A stretch of 24,000 nucleotides of DNA, taken from NCBI RefSeq assembly GCF_036763125.1, contig NZ_JBAIYT010000015.1, forward strand, positions 1,317-25,316. Direction: 5' to 3'. The translations under genes and the position numbers were made by a program. How positions within the stretch are numbered: position 1 is the first letter of the stretch; each line of letters opens with the position of its first letter. This document shows, in pieces, positions 1 through 7,167 of the stretch. The DNA comes from Nitratidesulfovibrio sp. 1201_IL3209. Lineage in GTDB: Bacteria; Desulfobacterota; Desulfovibrionia; Desulfovibrionales; Desulfovibrionaceae. Under the pieces are notes generated by a model. That model was not told where the DNA came from, searched no databases, and saw only the letters and a list, made by a program, of their open reading frames with translations.

Positions 1-144
1 GCACTCCCGGCTGCCGCGTCGCGGCAAAAAAATACTGCCTTCGGCGGCGCATCCTGCTATACTGGAAGGGATACCCCTCGTCCTCGTGCGGGAAGGCGAG
101 GGCGGGACAAAAAAAAATCGCATTCCGCGCGAAATTCCCCGTGG

Positions 145-162
145 TTTTGATGCCCGTCACAT
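145..162. promoter_or_regulatory. Candidate HcpR (CRP/FNR-family) operator upstream of hcp
   Basis: 18-bp imperfect palindrome TTTTGA-TGCCCG-TCACAT. It matches 10/12 half-site positions of the TTGTGA-N6-TCACAA type box I recall for Desulfovibrio HcpR/CRP-like regulators. A -10-like TATTGT at 183..188 places the box centre about 41.5 bp upstream of a predicted start near 195, which is class II activator geometry. A matching regulator gene lies at 6345..7034. Confidence 0.5.
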
Positions 163-232
163 CGCGCATCCGCCCCCCGGACTATTGTGCACTCAACGAC
201 GGGGCAAAAGGCCCGGCAACGATGTGAGCGTA

Positions 233-277
233 CCGGATGTGCCCGATGCGCTAGACGCGCCAGACGCGTCAAACGCG
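233..277 (+). repeat. Five tandem imperfect 9-bp repeats in the hcp leader region
   Basis: ccggatgtg / cccgatgcg / ctagacgcg / ccagacgcg / tcaaacgcg, read directly. Consensus is about ccaGAyGCG. The array lies between the predicted hcp promoter and the hcp start. Confidence 0.7.
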
Positions 278-412
278 CCGATCCGGAGACGCCGCCCCGC
301 CGAACCGCAACCACGACGGAGCGAGCCCATGGTCCTTTCGAAGATTTTAGGCCTGTTCGGCCTGTCTGGTCAGTCCGGCCACAAGAACGAACCCCAGAAA
401 AAGGAGAGCCCC

Positions 413-2032
413 ATGTCCATGTTCTGCAACCAGTGTGAACAGACCGCCAAGGGTACCGGCTGCACCACCATCGGCGTGTGCGGCAAGCAGCCCGAAGTCG
501 CCGCCCTGCAGGATCTGACCGTCTACGCCCTGCGCGGCCTGGCCCTGGTGGCGCTGGAAGCCCGCAAGAAAGGCATCGTGGACCCGGCCATCGACCACTA
601 CGGGGCCAAGGCCCTGTTCACCACGCTGACCAACGTCAACTTCGACCCGGCCCGCTTCCAGGCGTACATCAACGAGATCGTCAAGCACCGCAACGCCCTG
701 GCCGCCCGCGCGGGCGTGTCGGTTAGCTCCGGCCCGGCCTCGTTCCAGCCCGCCGCCACCCTGGACGGCCTGGGCGCCCAGGCCGAAATCGGCGCGCTCA
801 CCGCCGACAAGAGCGACCCGGACATCGTCTCGCTGAAGCAGACCCTGCTCTACGGCATGAAGGGCCTGGCCGCCTACGCCGACCACGCCGCCGTGCTGGG
901 CCAGACCGATCCCGAAGTGTTCGCCTTCCTGTTCAAGGGCCTGGCCGCCGGGTACGACGGCGTGCAGCGCGACCTTGGCCAGTGGGTGGAACTTGCCCTG
1001 GAATGCGGCAAGACCAACCTGCGCGCCATGGAACTGCTGGACGCGGGCAACACCGGCACCTACGGCCACCCCGTGCCCACCCAGGTGCCGCTGGGCCATC
1101 GCAAGAACAAGTGCATCCTGGTTTCCGGCCACGACCTGCGCGACCTGCACGAACTGCTGAAGCAGACCGAAGGCAAGGGCATCGACATCTACACCCACGG
1201 TGAAATGCTGCCCACGCACGGGTACCCGGAACTGAAGAAGTACCCCCACTTCTACGGCCACTTCGGCACCGCCTGGCAGAACCAGCACAAGGAATTCCCG
1301 GCCTTCCCCGGCGCCATCCTGTTCACCACCAACTGCATCCAGAAGCCGCAGGATTCGTACAAGGACCGCGTGTTCACCACCGGCCTCGTGGGCTGGCCCG
1401 GCCTCGTGCACTGCGAGAACTACGACTTCTCGGCCGTGATCAGGAAGGCGCAGGAACTGCCCGGCTTCACCGAGGACGCGCCCGGCAAGAACGTGCTGGT
1501 GGGCTTCGGCCACAACACCGTCATGAGCGTGGCCGGCCAGGTCATCGACGCGGTGAAGTCCGGCGCCATCCGCCACTTCTTCCTGGTGGGCGGCTGCGAC
1601 GGCGCCAAGCCCGGCCGCAACTACTACACCGAGTTCGTGGAAAAGACCCCCAAGGACACCGTGGTGCTCACGCTGGCCTGCGGCAAGTTCCGCTTCTTCG
1701 ACAAGGAACTGGGCGACATCGGCGGCATTCCGCGCCTGCTGGACGTGGGCCAGTGCAACGACGCCTACTCGGCCATCCAGATCGCCGTGGCCCTGGCTGG
1801 CGCCTTCGAGTGCGGCGTGAACGACCTGCCCCTGTCGCTGGTGCTCTCGTGGTACGAGCAGAAGGCCGTGGTCATCCTGCTCACGCTGCTGGCCCTCGGT
1901 ATCAAGGACATCCGCCTCGGACCGTCACTGCCCGCGTTCATCACCCCCAACGTGCTGAACTTCCTGGTGCAGAACTACAACATCAAGCCCATCACCACCC
2001 CGGACGAAGACCTGAAGGCCATCCTGGGGTAA
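413..2032 (+). CDS. hcp: Hybrid cluster protein (hydroxylamine reductase / NO-detoxifying Hcp), 539 aa
   Basis: N-terminal Cys motif MSMFCNQCEQTAKGTGCTTIGVCGK (C-x2-C-x8-C-x5-C), typical of Hcp. Length and downstream motifs (GHDL, NCIQKP, LACGKFRF, GQCNDAYS) fit the family. Strong SD AAGGAGAG at 401..408 sits 4 nt before ATG 413. The track ORF starts at 86, but that extension is low-complexity. Confidence 0.96.
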   Translation: MSMFCNQCEQTAKGTGCTTIGVCGKQPEVAALQDLTVYALRGLALVALEARKKGIVDPAIDHYGAKALFTTLTNVNFDPARFQAYINEIVKHRNALAARAGVSVSSGPASFQPAATLDGLGAQAEIGALTADKSDPDIVSLKQTLLYGMKGLAAYADHAAVLGQTDPEVFAFLFKGLAAGYDGVQRDLGQWVELALECGKTNLRAMELLDAGNTGTYGHPVPTQVPLGHRKNKCILVSGHDLRDLHELLKQTEGKGIDIYTHGEMLPTHGYPELKKYPHFYGHFGTAWQNQHKEFPAFPGAILFTTNCIQKPQDSYKDRVFTTGLVGWPGLVHCENYDFSAVIRKAQELPGFTEDAPGKNVLVGFGHNTVMSVAGQVIDAVKSGAIRHFFLVGGCDGAKPGRNYYTEFVEKTPKDTVVLTLACGKFRFFDKELGDIGGIPRLLDVGQCNDAYSAIQIAVALAGAFECGVNDLPLSLVLSWYEQKAVVILLTLLALGIKDIRLGPSLPAFITPNVLNFLVQNYNIKPITTPDEDLKAILG

Positions 2033-2070
2033 ACCGGGCTCACGCCGAAACGACGAGAACAACGAGAGAT

Positions 2071-2098
2071 GGAGGGGGCGGCACGGGCCGCCTCCTCC
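2071..2098 (+). other. Stable GC-rich stem-loop just downstream of the hcp stop (intercistronic)
   Basis: ggagggggcggc / acgg / gccgcctcctcc gives a 12-bp stem with one G-U pair and a 4-nt loop. No U-tract follows, so it is not a classical intrinsic terminator. Confidence 0.6.
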
Positions 2099-2151
2099 CC
2101 CTCCCCCGCTCCGGCATCCCCGTACCTGAAGACCACGGGGGCAACGGGGCC

Positions 2152-2196
2152 GCAGCGACCGCAACGACCGCCGCAACGACCGCCGCAACGCCCGGC
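2152..2196 (+). repeat. Short tandem repeat in the hcp/ferredoxin intergenic region
   Basis: Two perfect copies of gcaacgaccgcc (2161..2172 and 2173..2184). Degenerate copies flank them: gcagcgacc at 2152 and gcaacgcccggc at 2185. Confidence 0.7.
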
Positions 2197-2274
2197 ATCA
2201 CCGACCAGCCCCGCGACCGGCAACCGGCGGGGGGCCACCGCCCGCGCTCCGACCCGCGGACAAGGACCACAGAC

Positions 2275-3162
2275 ATGAACACCACCCGGAACATCCTGGA
2301 AATCGACGAGGAACGTTGCGACGGCTGCGGCGCGTGCGTGCTGGACTGTGCCGAAGGCGCCATCGCCATCGTGGACGGCAAGGCCAAGATCGTTTCCGAC
2401 AGCTTCTGCGACGGCCTCGGCGCGTGCATCGGCAGTTGCCCGCAGGGCGCGCTGCGCATCATCCAGCGCGAGGCCGTGCCCTTCGACGAGGAAGCGGCCA
2501 TGGAGCACGTGCGCACGCGCGACGGCGCGCAGCCCCGCTCCGGCGACCATCACGCCCCCCACGGCAGGCCCGACGGGCACGGCGTGCACGGGCACTACGG
2601 CCTTGCCCGTCAAACAGAACGGGCAGAACAGGCAGAACAGGCCGGACAGGCCGGGCACGGACACGGTCATGGTCATGGTCACGGACACGGTCATGGCGGC
2701 GGCCATGGCGGTTGCCCCGGTTCCATGATCCGCAGCTTCGCCAAGGCCGACGCGCCCGTATTCGGCGTGGCCCAAGGCCCGGTGTCCGGCCCCGGCCACT
2801 GGCCGCTGAAGATCCGCCTGGTGCCGCCCACGGCCCCCTACCTGAAGGACGCCGACGTGCTGGTGGCGGCGGACTGCGCGGCGGCGGCCTCGCCCCTGTT
2901 CCACAGCCACTTCGCCAGGGGCAAGGTGGTGCTCATCGGCTGTCCCAAGTTCGACGACACCGACGCCTACGCCCAGCGCCTGGCCGACATCCTGGCCACC
3001 AGCGGCATCCGGTCCATGACCGTGCTGCGCATGGAAGTGCCCTGCTGCCGTGGACTCACCGCAGCCCTGGCCAAAGCCCGCGAGCTTTCCGGCACCAACG
3101 TGCCGCTGAACGAAATGGTCATGACGTGCCAGGGCGCCCCGGCGCCCACACCTCTGGCCTGA
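2275..3162 (+). CDS. 4Fe-4S ferredoxin-domain protein associated with hcp, with His/Gly-rich linker, 295 aa
   Basis: N-terminal CDGCGACVLDC (CxxCxxCxxxC) plus CDGLGACIGSCP. Central HHAPHG...GHGHGHGHGHGHGHGGGHGG linker. C-terminal Cys-containing domain (GCPKFDD, EVPCCRG). Located directly downstream of hcp, like the ferredoxin-like hcp partner described in comparative genomics (called frdX as I recall). ATG at 2275 is the first Met before the ferredoxin motif. Confidence 0.85.
   Translation: MNTTRNILEIDEERCDGCGACVLDCAEGAIAIVDGKAKIVSDSFCDGLGACIGSCPQGALRIIQREAVPFDEEAAMEHVRTRDGAQPRSGDHHAPHGRPDGHGVHGHYGLARQTERAEQAEQAGQAGHGHGHGHGHGHGHGGGHGGCPGSMIRSFAKADAPVFGVAQGPVSGPGHWPLKIRLVPPTAPYLKDADVLVAADCAAAASPLFHSHFARGKVVLIGCPKFDDTDAYAQRLADILATSGIRSMTVLRMEVPCCRGLTAALAKARELSGTNVPLNEMVMTCQGAPAPTPLA
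2653..2712 (+). repeat. Coding Gly-His dipeptide repeat inside the ferredoxin-like gene
   Basis: ggg cac gga cac ggt cat ggt cat ggt cac gga cac ggt cat ggc ggc ggc cat encodes GHGHGHGHGHGHGHGGGH. It is preceded by an (AEQ/AGQ) repeat encoded by cagaacagg-type repeats. Confidence 0.85.
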
Positions 3163-3200
3163 CGCCCCGGCACTTCGCCAGACCTCCTGCCCACGACGCA

Positions 3201-3240
3201 CGGCCCGCAACGCGGGCCGCGCGCCGTTCCGCGCGTTGGT
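3201..3240 (+). terminator. Possible weak terminator after the hcp/ferredoxin pair
   Basis: cggcccgc-aac-gcgggccg (8-bp stem) is followed by cgcgc-cgttcc-gcgcg and then TTGGT. The T-tract is poor. Confidence 0.3.
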
Positions 3241-3360
3241 AAACCCCGGTCACAAAAAGGATGACGAAACGGCCCCGCCTTGCATACAGTGCGATACGGG
3301 GAAACACTGGCGGCGTCCTTCAGGGGAAGGGCCGTCGCATGGCGGCATCGGGGGCGTTCC

Positions 3361-4557
3361 ATGAACGACTACGAACTGCGTAAATTCGTCGCGCCGGAAT
3401 TCGTGTTCGGCTACGGCGCGGCCGGTCTGGCGGGCCGACATGCCCGCAACCTCGGCGCATCGCGATGCCTCGTGGTGTCCGACCAGGGCGTGGCGGCGGC
3501 TGGACATACCGAGGCGGTGGTCCGCACCCTGCGCGACGAAGGCATTGCCTGCGCGACCTTTCTGGGGGTGTCGGAAAACCCCCGCGATACCGAAGTGATG
3601 CAGGGCAGCGAAGTGTTCCGCGCCGAAGGGTGCGACGCCATCGTGGCCGTGGGCGGCGGCAGTCCCATGGACTGTGCCAAGGGCATCGGCATCGTGGTGG
3701 CCAACGGCGGCCACATCCTGGACTACGAGGGGGTGGACGCCATCCCCAAGCCCATGCCCCCGCTGGTCTGCGTGCCCACCACGGCGGGCAGTTCCGCCGA
3801 CGTCTCGCAGTTCGCCATCATCCGCGACACGCCGCGCAAGGTGAAGATCGCCATCGTCAGCAAGGCCAACGTGCCCGACGTGGCCCTGGTGGACCCGCTG
3901 ACCACCCTGACCAAGCCGCGCGACCTCACCGCCGCCACCGGGCTCGACGCCCTGACCCACGCCGTGGAGGCCTACGCCTCCAACGCCCATTCGCCCGTCA
4001 CCGACATGTTCGCCCTTGAGGCCATCCGGGGCATCGGAACAGCCCTGTTCGACGTACTGGACGACCTGCACGACAGGGACGCCCGGGCGCGCATGGCCCT
4101 TGGCAGCATGAACGCGGGGCTGGCCTTCTCCAACGCCATCCTGGGTGCGGTGCACGCCCTGTCGCACAGCCTGGGCGGCCTGCTGGACCTGCCCCACGGC
4201 GAATGCAACGCCCTGCTGCTGCCCTTCGTGGTGCGACGCAACTTCACGGCGGCCCCGCAGCGCTACCGCCGCGTGGCCGAAGCGCTGGGCGTGGCCAAGG
4301 CGCTGGGTGGGGACGGTACGCCGGGCGCGGGCGGGCCCCTCGCCGCCCCGGACGACGAGGTGCGCGACGCCCTGTTCGCCCGGCTTGGCGACATGCGCCG
4401 CCGGGCCGGGTTCGACAAGGGGCTCGCCCAGTACGGGGTCACCCGGGGACAACTGGCGGAACTGGCGCGCCTGGCGCTGGACGATCCCTGCCTGTCCACC
4501 AATCCGGCCCCGCTCGACGCGCGCGAACTGGAAGCATTGTATGCCGAAGCGCTCTGA
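3361..4557 (+). CDS. Iron-containing (group III) alcohol dehydrogenase, 398 aa
   Basis: GGGSPMDCAKG nucleotide-binding signature. Metal-ligand His motifs (LDALTHAVEAY, HALSHSLGG). Family-typical length. ATG 3361 is preceded by a GGGGG SD-like run. Confidence 0.92.
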   Translation: MNDYELRKFVAPEFVFGYGAAGLAGRHARNLGASRCLVVSDQGVAAAGHTEAVVRTLRDEGIACATFLGVSENPRDTEVMQGSEVFRAEGCDAIVAVGGGSPMDCAKGIGIVVANGGHILDYEGVDAIPKPMPPLVCVPTTAGSSADVSQFAIIRDTPRKVKIAIVSKANVPDVALVDPLTTLTKPRDLTAATGLDALTHAVEAYASNAHSPVTDMFALEAIRGIGTALFDVLDDLHDRDARARMALGSMNAGLAFSNAILGAVHALSHSLGGLLDLPHGECNALLLPFVVRRNFTAAPQRYRRVAEALGVAKALGGDGTPGAGGPLAAPDDEVRDALFARLGDMRRRAGFDKGLAQYGVTRGQLAELARLALDDPCLSTNPAPLDARELEALYAEAL

Positions 4558-6328
4558 CGACCTGCGGGAAAAACTCATCGGGCTCGGGCAGGCCTCCACG
4601 CGCAAGAGCTACTACCCGGAACTGAAGGAGCGCCTCCAGCAACTGGAACTGTTCCGCGCCCTGCTGGAAAGCGCGGGCGACGGGGTGCTGCTGCTGGACG
4701 CCGATACCCTGGTGGTGCTGGACGCCAACGGCGCGGCCTGCCGCTTCGCCGGGCTGCCGTGGGAGGCCCTGACCGGCCGCCCGCTGGCGGCGGCGTTTCC
4801 CGAACTGGCCGGGTGGAAGCCGCGCCTGGAGGGCGGCGCGGAGGGTGGCGCGCCGCAGGACGGCCCGCGCACCGGCGCATGGCACATGGCCGACGCCGTC
4901 CCCACGGCCACCGGCGAAGAGCGCCGCCTGATCCGCCAGCCCTCGCAGGGGGGCGGCCTGTGGCTGGAACTGGCCCTGAAGCGCCACGACATCGGCGGAC
5001 AGCCCTACGTCTCGTGCATCGCGCGCGACGTGTCGGAACGGCTGCGCGCCGAAGAGGAGTTGCGCGAGAGCGAGCGCAAGTACCGGGCGCTGTTCGAGGC
5101 GGCCAACGACGCCATCTTCCTGATCCGCGACGGCCTGGTGCGCGACGCCAACCGCCGGGCCTGCGAGCTGTTCGGCAGGCCCCTGGACCAGTTGACCTCC
5201 ATGGCCCCGCGCGACCTTTCGCCGCCGGAGCAGCCCCGCTCCGGAGACACCCGGCTGGTGGAGGAGATGCGCCTGGCCAAGGCCCTGGCTGGCGAGCCGC
5301 AGTTCTTCGAATGGACGCACCTGCGCGCGGACGGCGCCCCCTTCGACTGCGAGATTTCCCTCAGCCGGTTCACCCTGCGGGGGGAACCGTGGCTCATCGC
5401 CATCATCCGCGACGTGACCGAGCAGAAGAAGCTGCGCGAGATCATGGTGCAGACGGAAAAGATGATGTCCGTGGGGGGCGTGGCCGCGGGCATGGCGCAC
5501 GAGATCAACAACCCCCTGTCGGCCATCACCCAGTCGGCGCAGAACCTGCAACGCCGCCTTGCCCCCGGCGTGCCGGACAACGAGGCCGCCGCACTGATGG
5601 CGGGCGTGGACCTGGAGCGCGTGCGGCACTACTTCGAACTGCGCGGGCTGGCCAAACTGGTGACCAACATCCGCGAGGCCTGCGCCCGCGCCGCGGACAT
5701 CGTGCGGCACATGCTGGATTTCGCCCGGCGCAGCGACGCCGAGCGCAGCGAATGCGACCTGTCGGTGCTGCTGGACCGGGCTGTGGAACTGGCCGAAAAC
5801 GACTACGACCTCAAGAAACGCCACGACTTCCGCAACATCCGGATCATCCGGGAGTACGCGCCCGGCACGCCCAGGGCGGAATGCGCCCCCACCGAGATCG
5901 AACAGGTGCTGTTCAACCTGCTGAAGAACGCCTCGCAGGCCATCTCGCGGAAGACCTACCCGCAGAGGGAAAAGCCGCGCATCATCCTGCGCGTGGGCAC
6001 GCAACGCGGCGTGCCCGGCCTGCCCGGTCTGCCCGACGGGGCCGGAAGGAGCGATGGAAGCGGGGAGCCCGCCGCTCCGGGGGCCGACGCCGACTACGTG
6101 CGGGTGGAAGTGGAGGACAACGGGCCGGGCATGGACGAGAGGACGCGGGTACGGGCGTTCGAGCCGTTCTTCACCACCAAGCCGCCCGGCGAAGGCACGG
6201 GACTGGGCCTTTCGGTGTCGTACTTCATCGTCAGCCGCAACCACGGCGGGCACATCATGGTGGAATCGCAGCCGGGCCTGTGGTGCCGCTTCACGGTGCT
6301 GCTGCCCGCCGTGCGGCGCGGCGCGTAG
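4541..6328 (+). CDS. Cytoplasmic PAS/PAS sensor histidine kinase, 595 aa
   Basis: Two PAS-like segments. H-box GMAHEINNPLSAI. N box LLKNASQAI. G boxes DNGPGM and GTGLGLSVS. No obvious transmembrane segment. The start ATG overlaps the 3' end of the ADH gene by 17 nt. Confidence 0.9.
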   Translation: MPKRSDDLREKLIGLGQASTRKSYYPELKERLQQLELFRALLESAGDGVLLLDADTLVVLDANGAACRFAGLPWEALTGRPLAAAFPELAGWKPRLEGGAEGGAPQDGPRTGAWHMADAVPTATGEERRLIRQPSQGGGLWLELALKRHDIGGQPYVSCIARDVSERLRAEEELRESERKYRALFEAANDAIFLIRDGLVRDANRRACELFGRPLDQLTSMAPRDLSPPEQPRSGDTRLVEEMRLAKALAGEPQFFEWTHLRADGAPFDCEISLSRFTLRGEPWLIAIIRDVTEQKKLREIMVQTEKMMSVGGVAAGMAHEINNPLSAITQSAQNLQRRLAPGVPDNEAAALMAGVDLERVRHYFELRGLAKLVTNIREACARAADIVRHMLDFARRSDAERSECDLSVLLDRAVELAENDYDLKKRHDFRNIRIIREYAPGTPRAECAPTEIEQVLFNLLKNASQAISRKTYPQREKPRIILRVGTQRGVPGLPGLPDGAGRSDGSGEPAAPGADADYVRVEVEDNGPGMDERTRVRAFEPFFTTKPPGEGTGLGLSVSYFIVSRNHGGHIMVESQPGLWCRFTVLLPAVRRGA

Positions 6329-6344
6329 CTTCACGCCGCCGTCG

Positions 6345-7034
6345 TCAGAGCGTCTCGTCTCCGTCGGCCAACGCCTGGAGATAGTCGCGGTCCACGATGG
6401 TCACCTCGCGCCCGTCCACGGAAACGGCCCCCCGTTCGGCCAGCTTTCCGAGGCAGCGCGAAAGCGTCTCGCGCGCGGTGCCCAGCATGCCCGCCAGCAC
6501 TCCCTTGGCCATGTCCAGCCGGAAGGTGTCCGCGTCGCCCTTCAGTTCGCTGGCGTGCAGCAGGTAGGCGGCAAGGCGCTGCGGCGTCTCGTGCAGGGTC
6601 AGGGATTCCACCTTGGTGGTGAACACGCGCAGCTTGCGCGACAGCGCGGCCAGCATGTTCATGGCCAGGGTGGGGTCGCGGGTGATGCGGTCCACCAGGC
6701 CCTTGCGCGGCAAAAACAGCACGCGCGCATTCTCCACGGCCATGGCGTGGGCGGGAAAGGTGCCGCCCTGGAACACCGCCACCTCGCCGAAGGTCTCGCC
6801 GGGGCCCATCACGTGCATCACGGCCTCGCGCCCGTCGGGCGCGGTCTTGAATATCTTCACGCGGCCCTCGGCCACCACGTAGAAGCCTTCCGCCGGGGAC
6901 GATTCGAAGAAGATCATCTGGCCCTTGTCCACGCGGCGGTCCACCACGATGCCCGCAAGCCCTTCCAACTGGGCGTCGGAAAGCCCGTCGAAAAGGGGCA
7001 GGCGTTCGATGATGCGGCGGTTCTGCTGGGTCAC
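6345..7034 (-). CDS. hcpR: CRP/FNR-family transcriptional regulator, HcpR-like, 229 aa
   Basis: cNMP-binding-type beta-barrel (GETFGEVAVF) plus C-terminal CRP-type HTH (LGTARETLSRCLGKL). Sits in the hcp neighbourhood. The GTG start at 7034 was chosen because the homology begins there (VTQQNRRIIERLPLFDG) and an AGAGG sits upstream. The 370-aa track ORF extension is low-complexity. Confidence 0.8.
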   Translation of the reverse strand: MTQQNRRIIERLPLFDGLSDAQLEGLAGIVVDRRVDKGQMIFFESSPAEGFYVVAEGRVKIFKTAPDGREAVMHVMGPGETFGEVAVFQGGTFPAHAMAVENARVLFLPRKGLVDRITRDPTLAMNMLAALSRKLRVFTTKVESLTLHETPQRLAAYLLHASELKGDADTFRLDMAKGVLAGMLGTARETLSRCLGKLAERGAVSVDGREVTIVDRDYLQALADGDETL

Positions 7035-7050
7035 TGGCGTACCTCTGGTT

Positions 7051-7079
7051 GTTGTCGGGCGATGTCGGCGATGTCGGGC
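7051..7079. repeat. Three tandem 9-10 bp repeats in the divergent hcpR intergenic region
   Basis: gttgtcgggc / gatgtcggc / gatgtcgggc, read directly. Confidence 0.7.
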
Positions 7080-7167
7080 GGATGCGCCACAGCATAGGCC
7101 ACGTCGGCCCGCCGGGCAAGAACGGGCAGCATCCGCAACCGGTAGCCGGGACCGACCGGAACCGGCC

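Noticed and set aside
12-32. Hairpin tgccgc-gtc-gcggca followed by an A7 run at the window edge, considered as a terminator
   Set aside because: On the plus strand the run after the stem is A rather than T. On the minus strand the U-run precedes the stem. Neither orientation gives a functional intrinsic-terminator layout.
86-412. 109-codon N-terminal extension of the hcp ORF as listed in the ORF track (MREGEGGTKK...)
   Set aside because: The extension is low-complexity, Arg/Pro-rich and overlaps the predicted promoter/operator. The Hcp Cys motif begins right after ATG 413, which has a strong SD. Only the shorter alternative at 329 is kept, as a low-interest finding.
347-1576. 409-aa ORF antisense to hcp
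   Set aside because: It lies entirely antisense to a confidently identified gene and is Gly/Ala/Val/Arg-rich with no recognisable motif. This is the typical stop-codon-poor antisense frame of high-GC DNA.
2069-2278. 69-aa Pro/Ala/Thr-rich ORF in the hcp/ferredoxin spacer
   Set aside because: Its composition derives from the hairpin and tandem repeats. There is no properly spaced SD (GAGAG abuts the ATG). The ORF also runs into the start of the next gene.
2600-2712. Short periodic repeats (cagaacagg..., ggtcat/ggacac), considered as a mini CRISPR-like or VNTR locus
   Set aside because: The units are 6-9 bp, contiguous and in frame within a coding region, where they encode AEQ and GH repeats. 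There are no spacers and no CRISPR-sized repeats.
3250-3255. TCACAA half-site upstream of the ADH gene, considered as a second HcpR box
   Set aside because: The partner half-site at the N6 spacing reads GGTAAA. It has no match to TTGTGA, so no palindrome exists.
3271-3284. GG-N-GC element (ggccccgccttgca), considered as a sigma54 -24/-12 promoter for the ADH/kinase pair
   Set aside because: The GG to GC spacing is one base short of the TGGCAC-N5-TTGC consensus. The -24 half is poor, and no sigma54 activator is encoded nearby.
4439-6334. 631-aa ORF antisense to the histidine kinase
   Set aside because: Antisense GC artefact with no motifs. The sense frame has complete H, N and G boxes.
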